The notes under the pieces: model-generated
Told to the model about the DNA's origin: nothing
What the model saw: only the letters and a program-made list of their open reading frames with translations
Database searches by the model: none
From: Acidimicrobiales bacterium
Lineage (GTDB): Bacteria; Actinomycetota; Acidimicrobiia; Acidimicrobiales; AC-14
NCBI GenBank assembly: GCA_038232455.1
Contig: JBBSHU010000003.1
Location: forward strand, 2,912 to 66,911
Length of the DNA stretch: 64,000 nt
Direction: 5' to 3'
Made by a program: the position numbers and the translations under genes
Part shown: positions 9,774 through 19,180 of the stretch, piece by piece
Position numbering within the stretch: the first letter of the stretch is position 1
Layout of the letters: every line of letters starts with the position of its first letter

Positions 9774-10786
9774 GGCCAGCGGTCGTGGGCTGCGCCCTGG
9801 TGCTGCTCATCGCCGTCCCGTCTCCCACCCTCGCCGCCGATTTCGCCGGCCCGACAGGCGGGGCCGTGGGCACCGTCGAGAACCCCTTCGACGGTGCCCG
9901 CAGGGCCGAGGAGCGGTTGTCGTTCGCCGGGTCGGTCAACGTCAGCTGGGACGATGCCAAGGGCCCCCATTCCGACCACCTCGACGTCCGGGCGGCCGGC
10001 GGTTCCATCCAGCTGCAGGGCGGATCGACGTTGCTGGCCGAGCCCGGCGGGACCACCATGGCCCGCCGCCCCGGGGGCGACTGGGACCTGTTGTGGGCCG
10101 GGGCACCGACGTCGACCGGGCGACCCGATGTCGACGAGAAGTACGACCTCACGCCCGTCGACGAACCTGCGCCCACGATGGTGGCATCGCGTCCGACCCA
10201 CCTCGTCGAGGTCCGCCAGGCCGGAGTCGTGCGTGAGCGCCTCTTCCTGGACACCGAGAACGAACTTCTCCTGCGGCGGGAGCAGTTGGACCTCAGCGGG
10301 CATCCGGTGCACGTGGTGGCCTTCTCGTCGATCGACCTCGGTTCGCAGATCGCCGGGCCCCCCACCCCGGCCCACCCCTCCGACCACTCGCCCCGTCGTC
10401 TCTCGTCGGTGTCGTCACCAACGGGCCTGCCCGGCGGGTACCGACGGGTCGACGCCTACCGCGACAAGGGTGCCGTACAGGTCCTCTACAGCGACGGTCT
10501 CTACGACCTGTCCGTGTTCGAACAGCAGGGCGCACTGGCGGCGAGCGACGTCCCGAAGTCGGGGAAGCAGGTCAAGGTCGGGTCGTCCAAGGGTTGGATC
10601 TACGCCTGGGCCGGCGGCCAGGTGTTGCTGTTGCGCCGTGGCCACACCGTCTACTCGTTGGTGAGCGAGGCTCCGGTCGACCAGCTCATGGCCGCGGCGA
10701 AGGCTTTGCCTGCGGCCGGGGGATCGTCGCTGGTCACCCGCTTGCGCCGGGTGTGCAGGAACCTGGTGCAGCCTCTCGCCGGGTGA
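9770..10786 (+). CDS. secreted protein, possibly MucB/RseB-like sigma-E regulatory protein
   Basis: ATGA overlap with the anti-sigma stop. Signal peptide MRPAVVGCALVLLIAVPSPTLAADF. The RseB-like call rests on position after sigE/anti-sigma, not on a recognised motif. Confidence 0.5.
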   Translation: MRPAVVGCALVLLIAVPSPTLAADFAGPTGGAVGTVENPFDGARRAEERLSFAGSVNVSWDDAKGPHSDHLDVRAAGGSIQLQGGSTLLAEPGGTTMARRPGGDWDLLWAGAPTSTGRPDVDEKYDLTPVDEPAPTMVASRPTHLVEVRQAGVVRERLFLDTENELLLRREQLDLSGHPVHVVAFSSIDLGSQIAGPPTPAHPSDHSPRRLSSVSSPTGLPGGYRRVDAYRDKGAVQVLYSDGLYDLSVFEQQGALAASDVPKSGKQVKVGSSKGWIYAWAGGQVLLLRRGHTVYSLVSEAPVDQLMAAAKALPAAGGSSLVTRLRRVCRNLVQPLAG

Positions 10787-10818
10787 CCGCCGACGGTCCT
10801 GGGATCAGTTCCCTGAGA

Positions 10819-11082
10819 TCAGTTGACGGAGACGGCCGTGCCGGCGGCCGCCGCTCGTTCGAGGCGACGACGGCGGGCGATGCGCCGCCGCTCACGCTCC
10901 GAGGCCCCACCCCAGACGCCGTGGTCGATGCCGTTGGCCAGGGCGTACTCCAGGCACGGCGTCTTGGCCGGACAGTCGGCACAGACCCGCCGGGCCACCT
11001 CGACGCCGACACCGTCGCTCGGAAAGAACAGCGAAGGCGACTTGTCCCGACAATTTCCTTCGGCCATCCACAGGGTGTCCAT
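10819..11082 (-). CDS. whiB: WhiB-family (Wbl) transcriptional regulator
   Basis: Start at MDTLW (11082), preceded by aaggaggg. CRDKSPSLFFP...CADCPAKTPC, GVWGG and a basic tail ERERRRIARRRR. Confidence 0.9.
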   Translation of the reverse strand: MDTLWMAEGNCRDKSPSLFFPSDGVGVEVARRVCADCPAKTPCLEYALANGIDHGVWGGASERERRRIARRRRLERAAAAGTAVSVN

Positions 11083-11202
11083 CGACCCTCCTTGTAGCCC
11101 CACTCACAAGACAACGAGTCGGGTCTGGTGTTGGTTCCCACCCTGTCCTACGGAGACCGGGCCCCTGATGGATCGTCTCACTTCCCGTGTAGCCTTAGCC
11201 AA

Positions 11203-11496
11203 ATGACGACCGTACCGGTGGAAGAGGACCAGCGGGCCCCCCGGGGCCACGTGCGGATCATCTACCTGGGCCCGGTCGCGCCCCACTGGGAGGTCGTTTC
11301 CCAGTTCGGCGGCGACCGTAACGCCGTGGAGTCGTTCAAGGAACGAGCCACCGCCCGTCTCTTGCTGCTCCCTCCCCACGATCCCCAGTTCCGGCGCAAC
11401 CGGGAGCGGGTCGTGCGCGACGCCGAGCGCGAGGCGCTCATCCTCGAGTGGGACCTCGGGGTTCCCGACGAGGAGATGGAAGAGGGCACCGGTTAA
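11203..11496 (+). CDS. hypothetical protein
   Basis: ATG 11203 within ORF 11128..11496: MTTVPVEEDQRAPRGHVRIIYLGPVAPHWEVV.... No SD; TAGCCT lies about 8 nt upstream, so it may be leaderless. No family recognised. Confidence 0.5.
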   Translation: MTTVPVEEDQRAPRGHVRIIYLGPVAPHWEVVSQFGGDRNAVESFKERATARLLLLPPHDPQFRRNRERVVRDAEREALILEWDLGVPDEEMEEGTG

Positions 11497-11516
11497 GACC
11501 CGCCTCTCCGGCCAGC

Positions 11517-11560
11517 CTTCACCGGTCGTTCACCCTGCGTTCACCATGCGTTCAGTTCCC
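11517..11560 (+). promoter_or_regulatory. Pho-box array (four 11-nt direct-repeat units) upstream of pstS
   Basis: cTTCACC (11517), gTTCACC (11528), gTTCACC (11539) and gTTCAGT (11550) are exactly 11 nt apart. A TAGTGT -10-like hexamer sits at 11577-11582. Confidence 0.65.
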
Positions 11561-11588
11561 GGTCTTTCGTCCTTCCTAGTGTGACGCC

Positions 11589-12674
11589 GTGCAATCAACC
11601 TTGAAGCGAAGCAGACGTATCGGACTCGCGGCCCTGTGCTCGTTCGCCCTGCTGGCGACGGCATGCGGCAGTAGCAGCAAGTCGGCCACGGACACGACTA
11701 CGCCGGGTGCCCCGGTCGCCGGGGCCAAGGACACGGCCAGCCTCTCGGGGGCGGGGTCCACGTTCGTGCAGAGCATGCTCCAGGAGTGGATCAAGCAGTA
11801 CGGAAAGGCCGCTCCCGGGGTGAGCATCAACTACCAGGGCGTGGGCTCGGGCGCCGGTATCCAGCAGTTGACGGCCAAGACCGTCGACTTCGCCGGTTCC
11901 GACGTGGCCCTCAAGCCCGAGGAGGTGGCGGCCACGGGTGGCGAGGGCGCGGTGGTCACCGTCCCGTGGGTCGCAGGTGGTATCGCCGTCGAGTACAACC
12001 TGTCCCAGGCCAAGGACCTCAAGCTCTCCCCCGACACGCTGGCCGGGATCTTCTCGGGCAAGATCGCCAAGTGGGATGACCCCGCCATCAAGGCCGACAA
12101 CAAGGGGGCGTCGCTGCCCGGCACGGGCATCCAGGTGGTGCACCGCTCCGACGGATCGGGTACCACGCAGGTGTTCACGTCGTACCTCAAGGCGGCCGCC
12201 GCACCCGGGTTGTGGGACTACCCCACCGACAAGGACTGGCACGCTCCCGCCGGCACCGGGGCCAAGGGTTCCGACGGCGTGACCCAGGCGGTGAAGCAGA
12301 CCGACGGCGCCATCGGCTACGCCGAGGTGAGCTTCCCCAAGCAGTCGTCGCTGGGGACGGCTCAGATCAAGAACAAGGACGGCCAGTTCGTCGGCCCCAC
12401 GGCGAGCGCCGTCACCGCCGCTCTCGCCGAGGCCACGCCCAACCCCGACGGGACTCTCAAGCTGAACTACACGCCGACCGCTCCCACCGCCTATCCGATC
12501 AGCACCACGACCTACGCCATGTTCTACAAGGCTGGCGATCCCAACAAGACGACGGCGCTGAAACACTTCATCCAATGGGTCCTCACCGACGGTCAGAAGC
12601 TGGCCGAGGGGCTCGACTACGCTCCTCTGCCACAGTCGATTCTCACGCCGGCTCTCGCCGCTGTGAGCGCCTGA
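11589..12674 (+). CDS. pstS: phosphate ABC transporter substrate-binding lipoprotein
   Basis: Lipoprotein signal LLATAC. GAGSTFVQSMLQEWIKQY, YQGVGSGAGIQQL and VVHRSDGSGTT are PstS motifs. First gene of pstSCAB. Confidence 0.92.
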   Translation: MQSTLKRSRRIGLAALCSFALLATACGSSSKSATDTTTPGAPVAGAKDTASLSGAGSTFVQSMLQEWIKQYGKAAPGVSINYQGVGSGAGIQQLTAKTVDFAGSDVALKPEEVAATGGEGAVVTVPWVAGGIAVEYNLSQAKDLKLSPDTLAGIFSGKIAKWDDPAIKADNKGASLPGTGIQVVHRSDGSGTTQVFTSYLKAAAAPGLWDYPTDKDWHAPAGTGAKGSDGVTQAVKQTDGAIGYAEVSFPKQSSLGTAQIKNKDGQFVGPTASAVTAALAEATPNPDGTLKLNYTPTAPTAYPISTTTYAMFYKAGDPNKTTALKHFIQWVLTDGQKLAEGLDYAPLPQSILTPALAAVSA

Positions 12675-12735
12675 CGCTCGCTGCTGGCAGGCCGGACCGA
12701 GGGAACGAGGTGCGACCGACTCGGCGGCGCTGGAG

Positions 12736-13722
12736 ATGGACGTGAGCACTGTGGAGACACCGACACCCGAACGGCCCGCCATCGCGGGCCGTTCGTCGCG
12801 CAAGGTCGGCGACCGGGTGTTCCAGGCCCTGACCACCACCGTGGGTGCGATCGTCCTCGCCGTCCTCACCGTCATCACCGTCTTCCTCTTCGTCAAGGCA
12901 TGGCCGGCCCTGCGCTCCGCCGGACTCGGGTTCTTTACCGAGACGAAATGGTTCCCCGACACCAACCCGCCCACGTTCGGGGTGGCGGCGCTGCTGTGGG
13001 GCACGCTCCTGTCCAGCGTCATCGCCCTGGTGATCGCCGTACCCGTCGCCATCGGCTCGGCCCTGTACACCACCGAGTACGCCCCGGCCGTGGTCGGTCG
13101 CTGGGTGGGCTACCTGATCGACCTCCTCGCCGCCGTGCCCAGCGTCGTCTACGGGTTCTGGGGGGTCGTGTTCCTCGTGCCCCGGATGATCCCGCTGCAA
13201 CGGTGGCTCGCCCACCATCTGGGGTTCATCCCGCTCTTCCACGATCCCGACAACCTCTTCGGCAAGTCGATGTTCGCCGCCTCGGTGGTCCTCGCCCTGA
13301 TGGTCCTGCCCATCGTGGCCGCCGTCACCCGTGAGGTCTTCCGCCAGGTCCCCCGGGACATGCGCGAGGCGGCCCTGGCCCTCGGCGCCACCAGGTGGGA
13401 GATGATCCGCACCGCGGTCCTCCCCGCCAGCCGCAGCGGCATCGTCGGCGCCATCGTGCTCGGCCTGGGCCGGGCTCTCGGCGAGACCATCGCCATCGCC
13501 CTGGTGTTGGCGGCGACGTTCGACATCAACATCAAGATCCTCCAGCCCGGGGGCAACACGATCGCCGCCAACGTGGCCACCAAGTTCGGCGACGCCGGCT
13601 CACTGGGACGGTCGGCGCTGGTGGCCAGCGGCCTGGTCCTGTTCGCCATCACCCTGGCCGCCACCCTGTCCGCCCGCAGCGTCATCCGCCGCACCGGCCG
13701 CGCCGCCTCAGGCCTGGCATGA
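12736..13722 (+). CDS. pstC: phosphate ABC transporter permease PstC
   Basis: 328-aa multi-TM ORF with the EAA-like loop REAALALGATRWEMIRTAVLP, in pstC position. Confidence 0.9.
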   Translation: MDVSTVETPTPERPAIAGRSSRKVGDRVFQALTTTVGAIVLAVLTVITVFLFVKAWPALRSAGLGFFTETKWFPDTNPPTFGVAALLWGTLLSSVIALVIAVPVAIGSALYTTEYAPAVVGRWVGYLIDLLAAVPSVVYGFWGVVFLVPRMIPLQRWLAHHLGFIPLFHDPDNLFGKSMFAASVVLALMVLPIVAAVTREVFRQVPRDMREAALALGATRWEMIRTAVLPASRSGIVGAIVLGLGRALGETIAIALVLAATFDINIKILQPGGNTIAANVATKFGDAGSLGRSALVASGLVLFAITLAATLSARSVIRRTGRAASGLA

Positions 13723-13856
13723 GCCTCGTCGGGTCCTGTCACGTGGCCGGCCCCTCCCCCCGCCCTCCGGGCGGCGGGCCCCTCTCCACGTGCCACCCGT
13801 CTCGGGAGCGGAGTATCGACGCCCTTCGGGCGACGGCCAAGCCATGAGCCTCGTCG
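13718..13856 (+). repeat. 14-nt direct repeats flanking a 111-nt pstC/pstA spacer
   Basis: catgagcctcgtcg occurs at 13718-13731 (contains the pstC stop TGA) and again at 13843-13856 (contains the pstA ATG). Confidence 0.6.
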
Positions 13857-14911
13857 AGGAGCTGCCGGCTCCGGAGTTGCCGGCGTCGCCGCTGAGCAGT
13901 AAGAGGGGTCGGTTGCGCCGCTCCCAGTCCATCGGCGCGGCGGCCATCGGTGTCGCCATCGCCGCCGTCGCCTTCGTGTTGACGCCGCTGCAGGGGAGGG
14001 CCGACCTCGTCCTGGTGGCCTGGCTCTTTGGGACCGCCGCCTACCTGGTGGCGGCGGGCCGGGTCGAGGGCCGACGTTCGCTCGTCGACCGCCTGGCGGG
14101 CGTGTTCATGGTGACGGCGGTGGCCGTCTGCCTCATCGCCCTGGGATCGGTGCTCATCTACACCATCGTCCGCGGGGCCAAGGCTCTGCGCCCCGACTTC
14201 TTCACTCATTCGATGAAGGGGGTGGGGCCGAGGGACACGAGCGGTGGTGCCTACCACGCCATCATCGGCACCCTCGAAGAGGTGCTCCTGGCCTCGGTCA
14301 TCTCCGTGCCCGCCGGGCTGCTCGTGGCCATCTACCTCACCGAGTACGGCACCGGCGTGCTGGCCAGGGCGATCAGCACGATGGTCGACGTCATGGTGGG
14401 CATCCCGTCGGTGATCGCCGGCCTGTTCATCTACGCCTTCTGGGTCCTCGCCTTGCACCAGGGCTTCTCCGGGTTCGCCGCCGCCCTGGCCCTGTCGATC
14501 CTGATGCTGCCGATCGTCGTGCGCTCGGCTGAGGAGATGATCAAGCTCGTTCCGTCGTCCCTGCGGGAGGCGTCGTACGCCCTGGGCATCGCCCGCTGGC
14601 GCACCCTTCTCCGCGTCGTGCTGCCCACCGCATCGGCAGGCATCACCACCGGCGTCATGCTCGCCGTGGCCCGGGTGACGGGCGAGACGGCGCCGCTCCT
14701 GCTCACCTCCTTCGGCTTCGACTCGACCCGCACGAACCCTTTCAGCGGGCCCGAGGAGTCGCTCCCACTGTTCGTGTTCCGACAGGCGTCCTCGGCGTTC
14801 GACACGGCCATCGACCGGGCATGGGCCGCCGCCCTCACCCTGATCGTCGTCGTCGTGCTGCTCACCGTGGCCGCCCGGCTGCTCACCATCCGAAACCAGC
14901 TCAAGCCATGA
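13844..14911 (+). CDS. pstA: phosphate ABC transporter permease PstA
   Basis: ATG 13844 within ORF 13790..14911. Multi-TM with [21 protein letters not shown]. The stop overlaps the pstB ATG (ATGA). Confidence 0.9.
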   Translation: MSLVEELPAPELPASPLSSKRGRLRRSQSIGAAAIGVAIAAVAFVLTPLQGRADLVLVAWLFGTAAYLVAAGRVEGRRSLVDRLAGVFMVTAVAVCLIALGSVLIYTIVRGAKALRPDFFTHSMKGVGPRDTSGGAYHAIIGTLEEVLLASVISVPAGLLVAIYLTEYGTGVLARAISTMVDVMVGIPSVIAGLFIYAFWVLALHQGFSGFAAALALSILMLPIVVRSAEEMIKLVPSSLREASYALGIARWRTLLRVVLPTASAGITTGVMLAVARVTGETAPLLLTSFGFDSTRTNPFSGPEESLPLFVFRQASSAFDTAIDRAWAAALTLIVVVVLLTVAARLLTIRNQLKP

Positions 14912-15729
14912 GCTCCGACATCCTGGCGTCCACTGTCGCCGTCCGAGAGGCATCCATGAAGCGCATCGAAGCCGTCGATGTCAGCGCCTGGTATCGCAAG
15001 CACAAGGCCATCGAGGGGGTGACGATCACCCTCGAGCCCAAACACGTCACCGCCCTGATCGGGCCTTCGGGATGTGGGAAATCCACCTTCCTCCGCACCC
15101 TGAACCGCATGCACGAGGTCGTGCCCGGGGCCCGGGCCACGGGACAGGTCACCCTCGACGGGGAAGACATCTACGCCAGCGCCGTCGACCCGGTGGCCGT
15201 GCGCCGCGCCATCGGCATGGTGTTCCAGCGCCCCAATCCCTTCCCATCGATGTCGATCGGCGACAACGTGGCGGCCGGCATCAAGCTCAACGGCCGCCAC
15301 GACAAGGCGGCGATGAAGGACATCGTCGAGCGCTCCCTCAAGCTGGCCGGTCTGTGGGACGAGGTCAGCGACCGCCTCGACCGTCCCGGCGGCAGCCTCT
15401 CGGGCGGCCAGCAGCAGCGCCTGTGCATCGCCCGGGCCATCGCCGTGGAGCCCGCCGTGCTGCTCATGGACGAGCCCTGCTCAGCCCTCGACCCCATGTC
15501 GACCCTGCGCATCGAAGACCTCATCTCCGAGCTCAAGGACCGCTACACGATTGTCATCGTCACCCACAACATGCAACAGGCGGCGAGGGTCAGCGAGACG
15601 ACCGCATTCTTCAACCTCGATGCCGCCGGCGAGCCCGGCCGCATGGTCGAGGTCGGCCCCACGACCAAGATCTTCACCAAGCCCGACGACGAGCGCACCG
15701 AGGCCTACATCACCGGCCGGTTCGGATGA
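14908..15729 (+). CDS. pstB: phosphate ABC transporter ATP-binding protein PstB
   Basis: Walker [10 protein letters not shown], signature [14 protein letters not shown], Walker [12 protein letters not shown], and IVTHNMQQA. Confidence 0.95.
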   Translation: MSSDILASTVAVREASMKRIEAVDVSAWYRKHKAIEGVTITLEPKHVTALIGPSGCGKSTFLRTLNRMHEVVPGARATGQVTLDGEDIYASAVDPVAVRRAIGMVFQRPNPFPSMSIGDNVAAGIKLNGRHDKAAMKDIVERSLKLAGLWDEVSDRLDRPGGSLSGGQQQRLCIARAIAVEPAVLLMDEPCSALDPMSTLRIEDLISELKDRYTIVIVTHNMQQAARVSETTAFFNLDAAGEPGRMVEVGPTTKIFTKPDDERTEAYITGRFG

Positions 15730-16385
15730 CCATGCGCATCGGGTTCCAGGAGTCGCTCGGAGCCCTCCGTGCCGATGTCGACTGGCTCGGCTCCCTGGCT
15801 GCCGATGCCGTGGAGGCGGCCACAACGGCCCTCATCTCGGGCAACCAGGTGAAGGCCGAGATGGTGGTGGCCGGCGACGACGAGATCGACACCTTGTTCG
15901 TCACCCTCGAGGAGCGGGCCTATGCCCTGATGGCCCAGCAGGCACCGGTGGCGATCGACCTGCGGTTCCTGGTGTCGGCGCTGCGGGTGATGGCCGATTG
16001 GGAGCGCACCGGCGACCTGGCCGTGTCGCTGGCCAAGCTGGCCCTGCTCGACTGGGAGCGTGAGGTCGTCGCCCTCGAGCTGCTCGAGGACATGGCGTCC
16101 ATCGCCCTGGAGCTGATCGCCGCCGGACGCCGGGCGTGGCGGAACAAGGATCTCGACCTGGCCGCCGCCCTCGAGCGACGCGACGACGCCCTCGACGAGT
16201 GCTTTCGCCGCCTCGCCGCCCATCTGTTGTCCCAGCACGGGCCCGAGGCCAGTGGCCTGGTCTTCCACGCCCTGCTGGCCGGTCGCAACCTCGAACGCAT
16301 CGCCGACCATGCCGTGGCCGTCGGCGACCGCGTGGTCTACATGCTCACGGGTGACCCACGGTCGCTGGTAGCGGAGATCGGATGA
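15726..16385 (+). CDS. phoU: phosphate signalling complex protein PhoU
   Basis: ATG 15726 overlaps the pstB stop. Two PhoU repeats (DDEIDTLF..., DDALDECF...) and NLERIADHA. Confidence 0.9.
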   Translation: MTMRIGFQESLGALRADVDWLGSLAADAVEAATTALISGNQVKAEMVVAGDDEIDTLFVTLEERAYALMAQQAPVAIDLRFLVSALRVMADWERTGDLAVSLAKLALLDWEREVVALELLEDMASIALELIAAGRRAWRNKDLDLAAALERRDDALDECFRRLAAHLLSQHGPEASGLVFHALLAGRNLERIADHAVAVGDRVVYMLTGDPRSLVAEIG

Positions 16386-16451
16386 CGTGCCGGTACGTCG
16401 GTGTCGGGGTGACAGAGGTAGCCATCGCCTGGTTGCCGGCGGGGCCGACCT

Positions 16452-17738
16452 ATGGTGGATGCGATGCAACTGGCCGCCAGTGATGCGGTCGTGGCCGGTG
16501 TGGCCGCAGCTGTGGTCCTCGTGGTGTTGGTGTGGGCCTGGCTTTTCCGGCGAAGCACGACCCGCCGACTCGCCTCACTGACGACGCGCCTCGACGAGGA
16601 GGGCGGCGACGAGCTGGTTTCCCGGGGCGGGATGGAGCGCAACATCTCCCGGCTCGAGCGGGCCGCCGAGCGGGCGGTCACCGACCGGGGGAGCGCCCGC
16701 CTGGCCCGCAGTCGCCTGGAGGGCGCCCTCCGCGTCGTCGGCATCGGCGTCGTGGTTTGCGACGAGTCGGGTGAGATCGTGTTCCAGAACGAGCAGGCCG
16801 ACGCCTTCATGGGTGACCGCCCGGCCGAGGCGGCCGAGGCGCTGGCCCACCAGGCGGTCACCGAGCTACTGGAGGCCGCCGCCGACGGTGAGGTCCAGAC
16901 CCAGACCCTCGACCTCTACGGTCCACCCCGACGCACGCTCACCATCGTGGCATCGCCGGTTGACGACGGCTGGCGGGGCCTCGGCGCGGTGGCCGTCATC
17001 GAGGATGTGTCCGATCGCCGTCACCTGGAGGCCGTGCGTCGCGACTTCGTGGCCAACATCAGCCACGAGCTGAAGACACCTGTCGGCGCCCTGGCCCTGC
17101 TGGCCGAGACCTTGGCCGGTGAGGACGACGCAGAGGTGGTCAACCGCCTGGCCCGGCGCCTCCAGCTCGAGTCACAGCGGGTGGCCCGCATCGTCGACGA
17201 TCTCCTCGATCTGAGTCGCATCGAATCGGAGGAGACGCCGATGCGCGAGCCGGTGGCCGTCCATCTGCTGGTCGCCGAGGCGGCCGAAAGGGTTCGCTCG
17301 GCGGCCGAGCAACGGGCGGTGACCATCACCTTCGGCGAGGGGGCCGAGCACCTGATCGTCAGGGGTGACCGTCGCCAGTTGGTGTCGGCCCTGTTCAACC
17401 TCCTCGAGAACTCGGTCAAGTACTCCGACGAGGGCTCCACGGTCGACGTGCGCTCGCACACCGACGGCGAGTGGGTCGAGCTCACCGTCACCGACCAGGG
17501 CATCGGCATTCCCGAGCGTGATCTCGAGCGTGTCTTCGAGCGCTTCTACCGGGTCGACCGGGCCCGGGGCCGCGACACCGGGGGGACGGGGCTGGGGCTG
17601 GCCATCGTCCGCCATGTGGCCAACAACCACGGGGGCGACGTCCGGGTGGAATCCCACGAGGGCACCGGGTCCAGCTTCACCCTCCGCATCCCCGCGGGGC
17701 CCGGCCCGGTGGCCATGAGCCCGGCCAAGGCCGGCTGA
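16452..17738 (+). CDS. sensor histidine kinase, SenX3/PhoR-like
   Basis: N-terminal TM, PAS-like segment, H-box ISHELKTPVGAL, N-box FNLLENSVKY, G-boxes DQGIGIP and GGTGLGLAIV. Position after phoU and before an OmpR-type regulator. Confidence 0.85.
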   Translation: MVDAMQLAASDAVVAGVAAAVVLVVLVWAWLFRRSTTRRLASLTTRLDEEGGDELVSRGGMERNISRLERAAERAVTDRGSARLARSRLEGALRVVGIGVVVCDESGEIVFQNEQADAFMGDRPAEAAEALAHQAVTELLEAAADGEVQTQTLDLYGPPRRTLTIVASPVDDGWRGLGAVAVIEDVSDRRHLEAVRRDFVANISHELKTPVGALALLAETLAGEDDAEVVNRLARRLQLESQRVARIVDDLLDLSRIESEETPMREPVAVHLLVAEAAERVRSAAEQRAVTITFGEGAEHLIVRGDRRQLVSALFNLLENSVKYSDEGSTVDVRSHTDGEWVELTVTDQGIGIPERDLERVFERFYRVDRARGRDTGGTGLGLAIVRHVANNHGGDVRVESHEGTGSSFTLRIPAGPGPVAMSPAKAG

Positions 17739-17761
17739 CAGCTGAGGGCCAGGGAGAACCG

Positions 17762-18469
17762 ATGGGAGAGCTGGGTGCCATGATCCTCGTCGTCGAGGAC
17801 GAGGAGTCGTTCGTGGAGGCCCTCACCGTGGGTCTCAAGCGGGAGGGCTTTCGCGTGAACGTCGCTCGCGACGGTGCCGACGCCCTGACGTTGTTCGACG
17901 TGGTCAAGCCTGATCTCGTGCTTCTCGACGTGATGCTCCCCCGGGTGTCGGGCCTCGACGTGTGCCGTGAGATCCGGCGCAGGTCCCGGGTACCGATCAT
18001 CATGGTGTCGGCCAAGACGGCAGAGATCGACACCGTCGTCGGGCTGGAGGTCGGCGCCGACGACTACGTGCCCAAGCCGTACCGGCTGCGAGAGCTGGTG
18101 GCCCGCATGCGGGCCGCGCTGCGCCGGGCGCCCGGTCCCGACGCACCCAGCAACGCCGCCACCCTCGAGGTCGGCGACGTGCGCCTCGACCCCGAACGCC
18201 ACGAGGTGTTCGTGCGAGGGGAGAAGGTGACCCTCCCGCTGAAGGAGTTCGAGTTGCTGGAGGTTCTCCTCGACAACGCCGGACGGGTGCTCACCCGCGA
18301 CTCGCTGATCGACCGTGTGTGGGGTGCCGACTACGTCGGCGACACCAAGACCCTCGACGTCCACGTGAAGCGCCTTCGGGCCAAGGTGGAGGAGAACTCG
18401 GCCCTCCCGCAGCGCATCGTCACCATCCGCGGCCTGGGATACAAGTACGAGTCGGTCTCCACCGGCTGA
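17762..18469 (+). CDS. OmpR/PhoB-family response regulator, RegX3/PhoP-like
   Basis: ILVVEDEESF...DLVLLDVMLPRVSGLD receiver domain and the winged helix ...IVTIRGLGYKY. Confidence 0.9.
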   Translation: MGELGAMILVVEDEESFVEALTVGLKREGFRVNVARDGADALTLFDVVKPDLVLLDVMLPRVSGLDVCREIRRRSRVPIIMVSAKTAEIDTVVGLEVGADDYVPKPYRLRELVARMRAALRRAPGPDAPSNAATLEVGDVRLDPERHEVFVRGEKVTLPLKEFELLEVLLDNAGRVLTRDSLIDRVWGADYVGDTKTLDVHVKRLRAKVEENSALPQRIVTIRGLGYKYESVSTG

Positions 18470-18524
18470 ATCCCGCCGGCGGGCGGGGTCGCTCCGGCAA
18501 CGAGGTTGGCGTTGCTGCGACGAT

Positions 18525-19030
18525 GTGGGGGTGAGGAGTCCTCTGGCGGCGGCGGCGGCGATGGTGGCCGTGGTGTCGGTGGTCCTCGGCGTCAGCACCA
18601 CGTCGACCCGATGTTCGACGACGTCCGGGGCCTCATCTCCGCGGCCGATCTGGCCATCTGTCACCAAGAGACGCCGATCTCCGCCGACGACACGGACATG
18701 GGCCCAGCGGATTCGCTGGTCTTCAACGTTCCCCGCGAGATCGGCGGTGCCCTGCGAAACGCCGGTTTCCGAGCTTGTGACACGGCGTCCCAGGCTCCCG
18801 GCCTGACCGACGACAACGAGGACGGCTCTCTCGAGATCTATACCATCGACGAGGTCTCGCCCGGCCGCCTTCAGGTCACCAAGATGACCTATGTCCCCAC
18901 CTGGGTGGAGATACCCGGACACCGGATCGTGCGGGCCACGCCGGACCACTACGGCGAGTCCTACAACCGCACGGTCGAAGCCATGAACCTGCTCGGGCCT
19001 GGTGCCTGCGACGCCCGGCCGGCGGCTTGA
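18525..19030 (+). pseudogene. CapA (PGA_cap metallophosphatase) family remnant
   Basis: The signal peptide VRSPLAAAAAMVAVVSVVLGVS is in one frame. CapA-like segments FDDVRGLISAADLAICHQETPIS...ALRNAGFRACDTAS and the C-terminal VTKMTYVPTWVE are in another. The central catalytic part (roughly 150-200 aa in family members, from memory) is absent. Confidence 0.5.
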
Positions 19031-19180
19031 GCCAGGCTCGACCCGGACCCGATTGAGCGGTTCGGGAAGTCGAGGTATCTAGAGGGGTTTGCCGCGCTCT
19101 GTGATAGGGAGGGCAGGTAGCCCCACGCGTAGCAACGCGGGCTGGAAGAATCGGCCCTCAACCCAAGGAGGAACACCCGG

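Noticed and set aside
8702-10387. 561-aa minus-strand ORF
   Set aside because: It overlaps the sigE / anti-sigma / secreted-protein operon on the opposite strand. It has no recognisable motifs and is a shadow frame.
17739-17761. MIRU-like repeat between the SenX3-like and RegX3-like genes (as in mycobacteria)
   Set aside because: The spacer is only 23 nt and contains just an SD, with no repeat unit.
18473-18484. cccgccggcggg palindrome after the RegX3-like gene as an intrinsic terminator
   Set aside because: It is only a 12-nt GC palindrome with no loop and no U-tract. Such palindromes are common by chance in this base composition.
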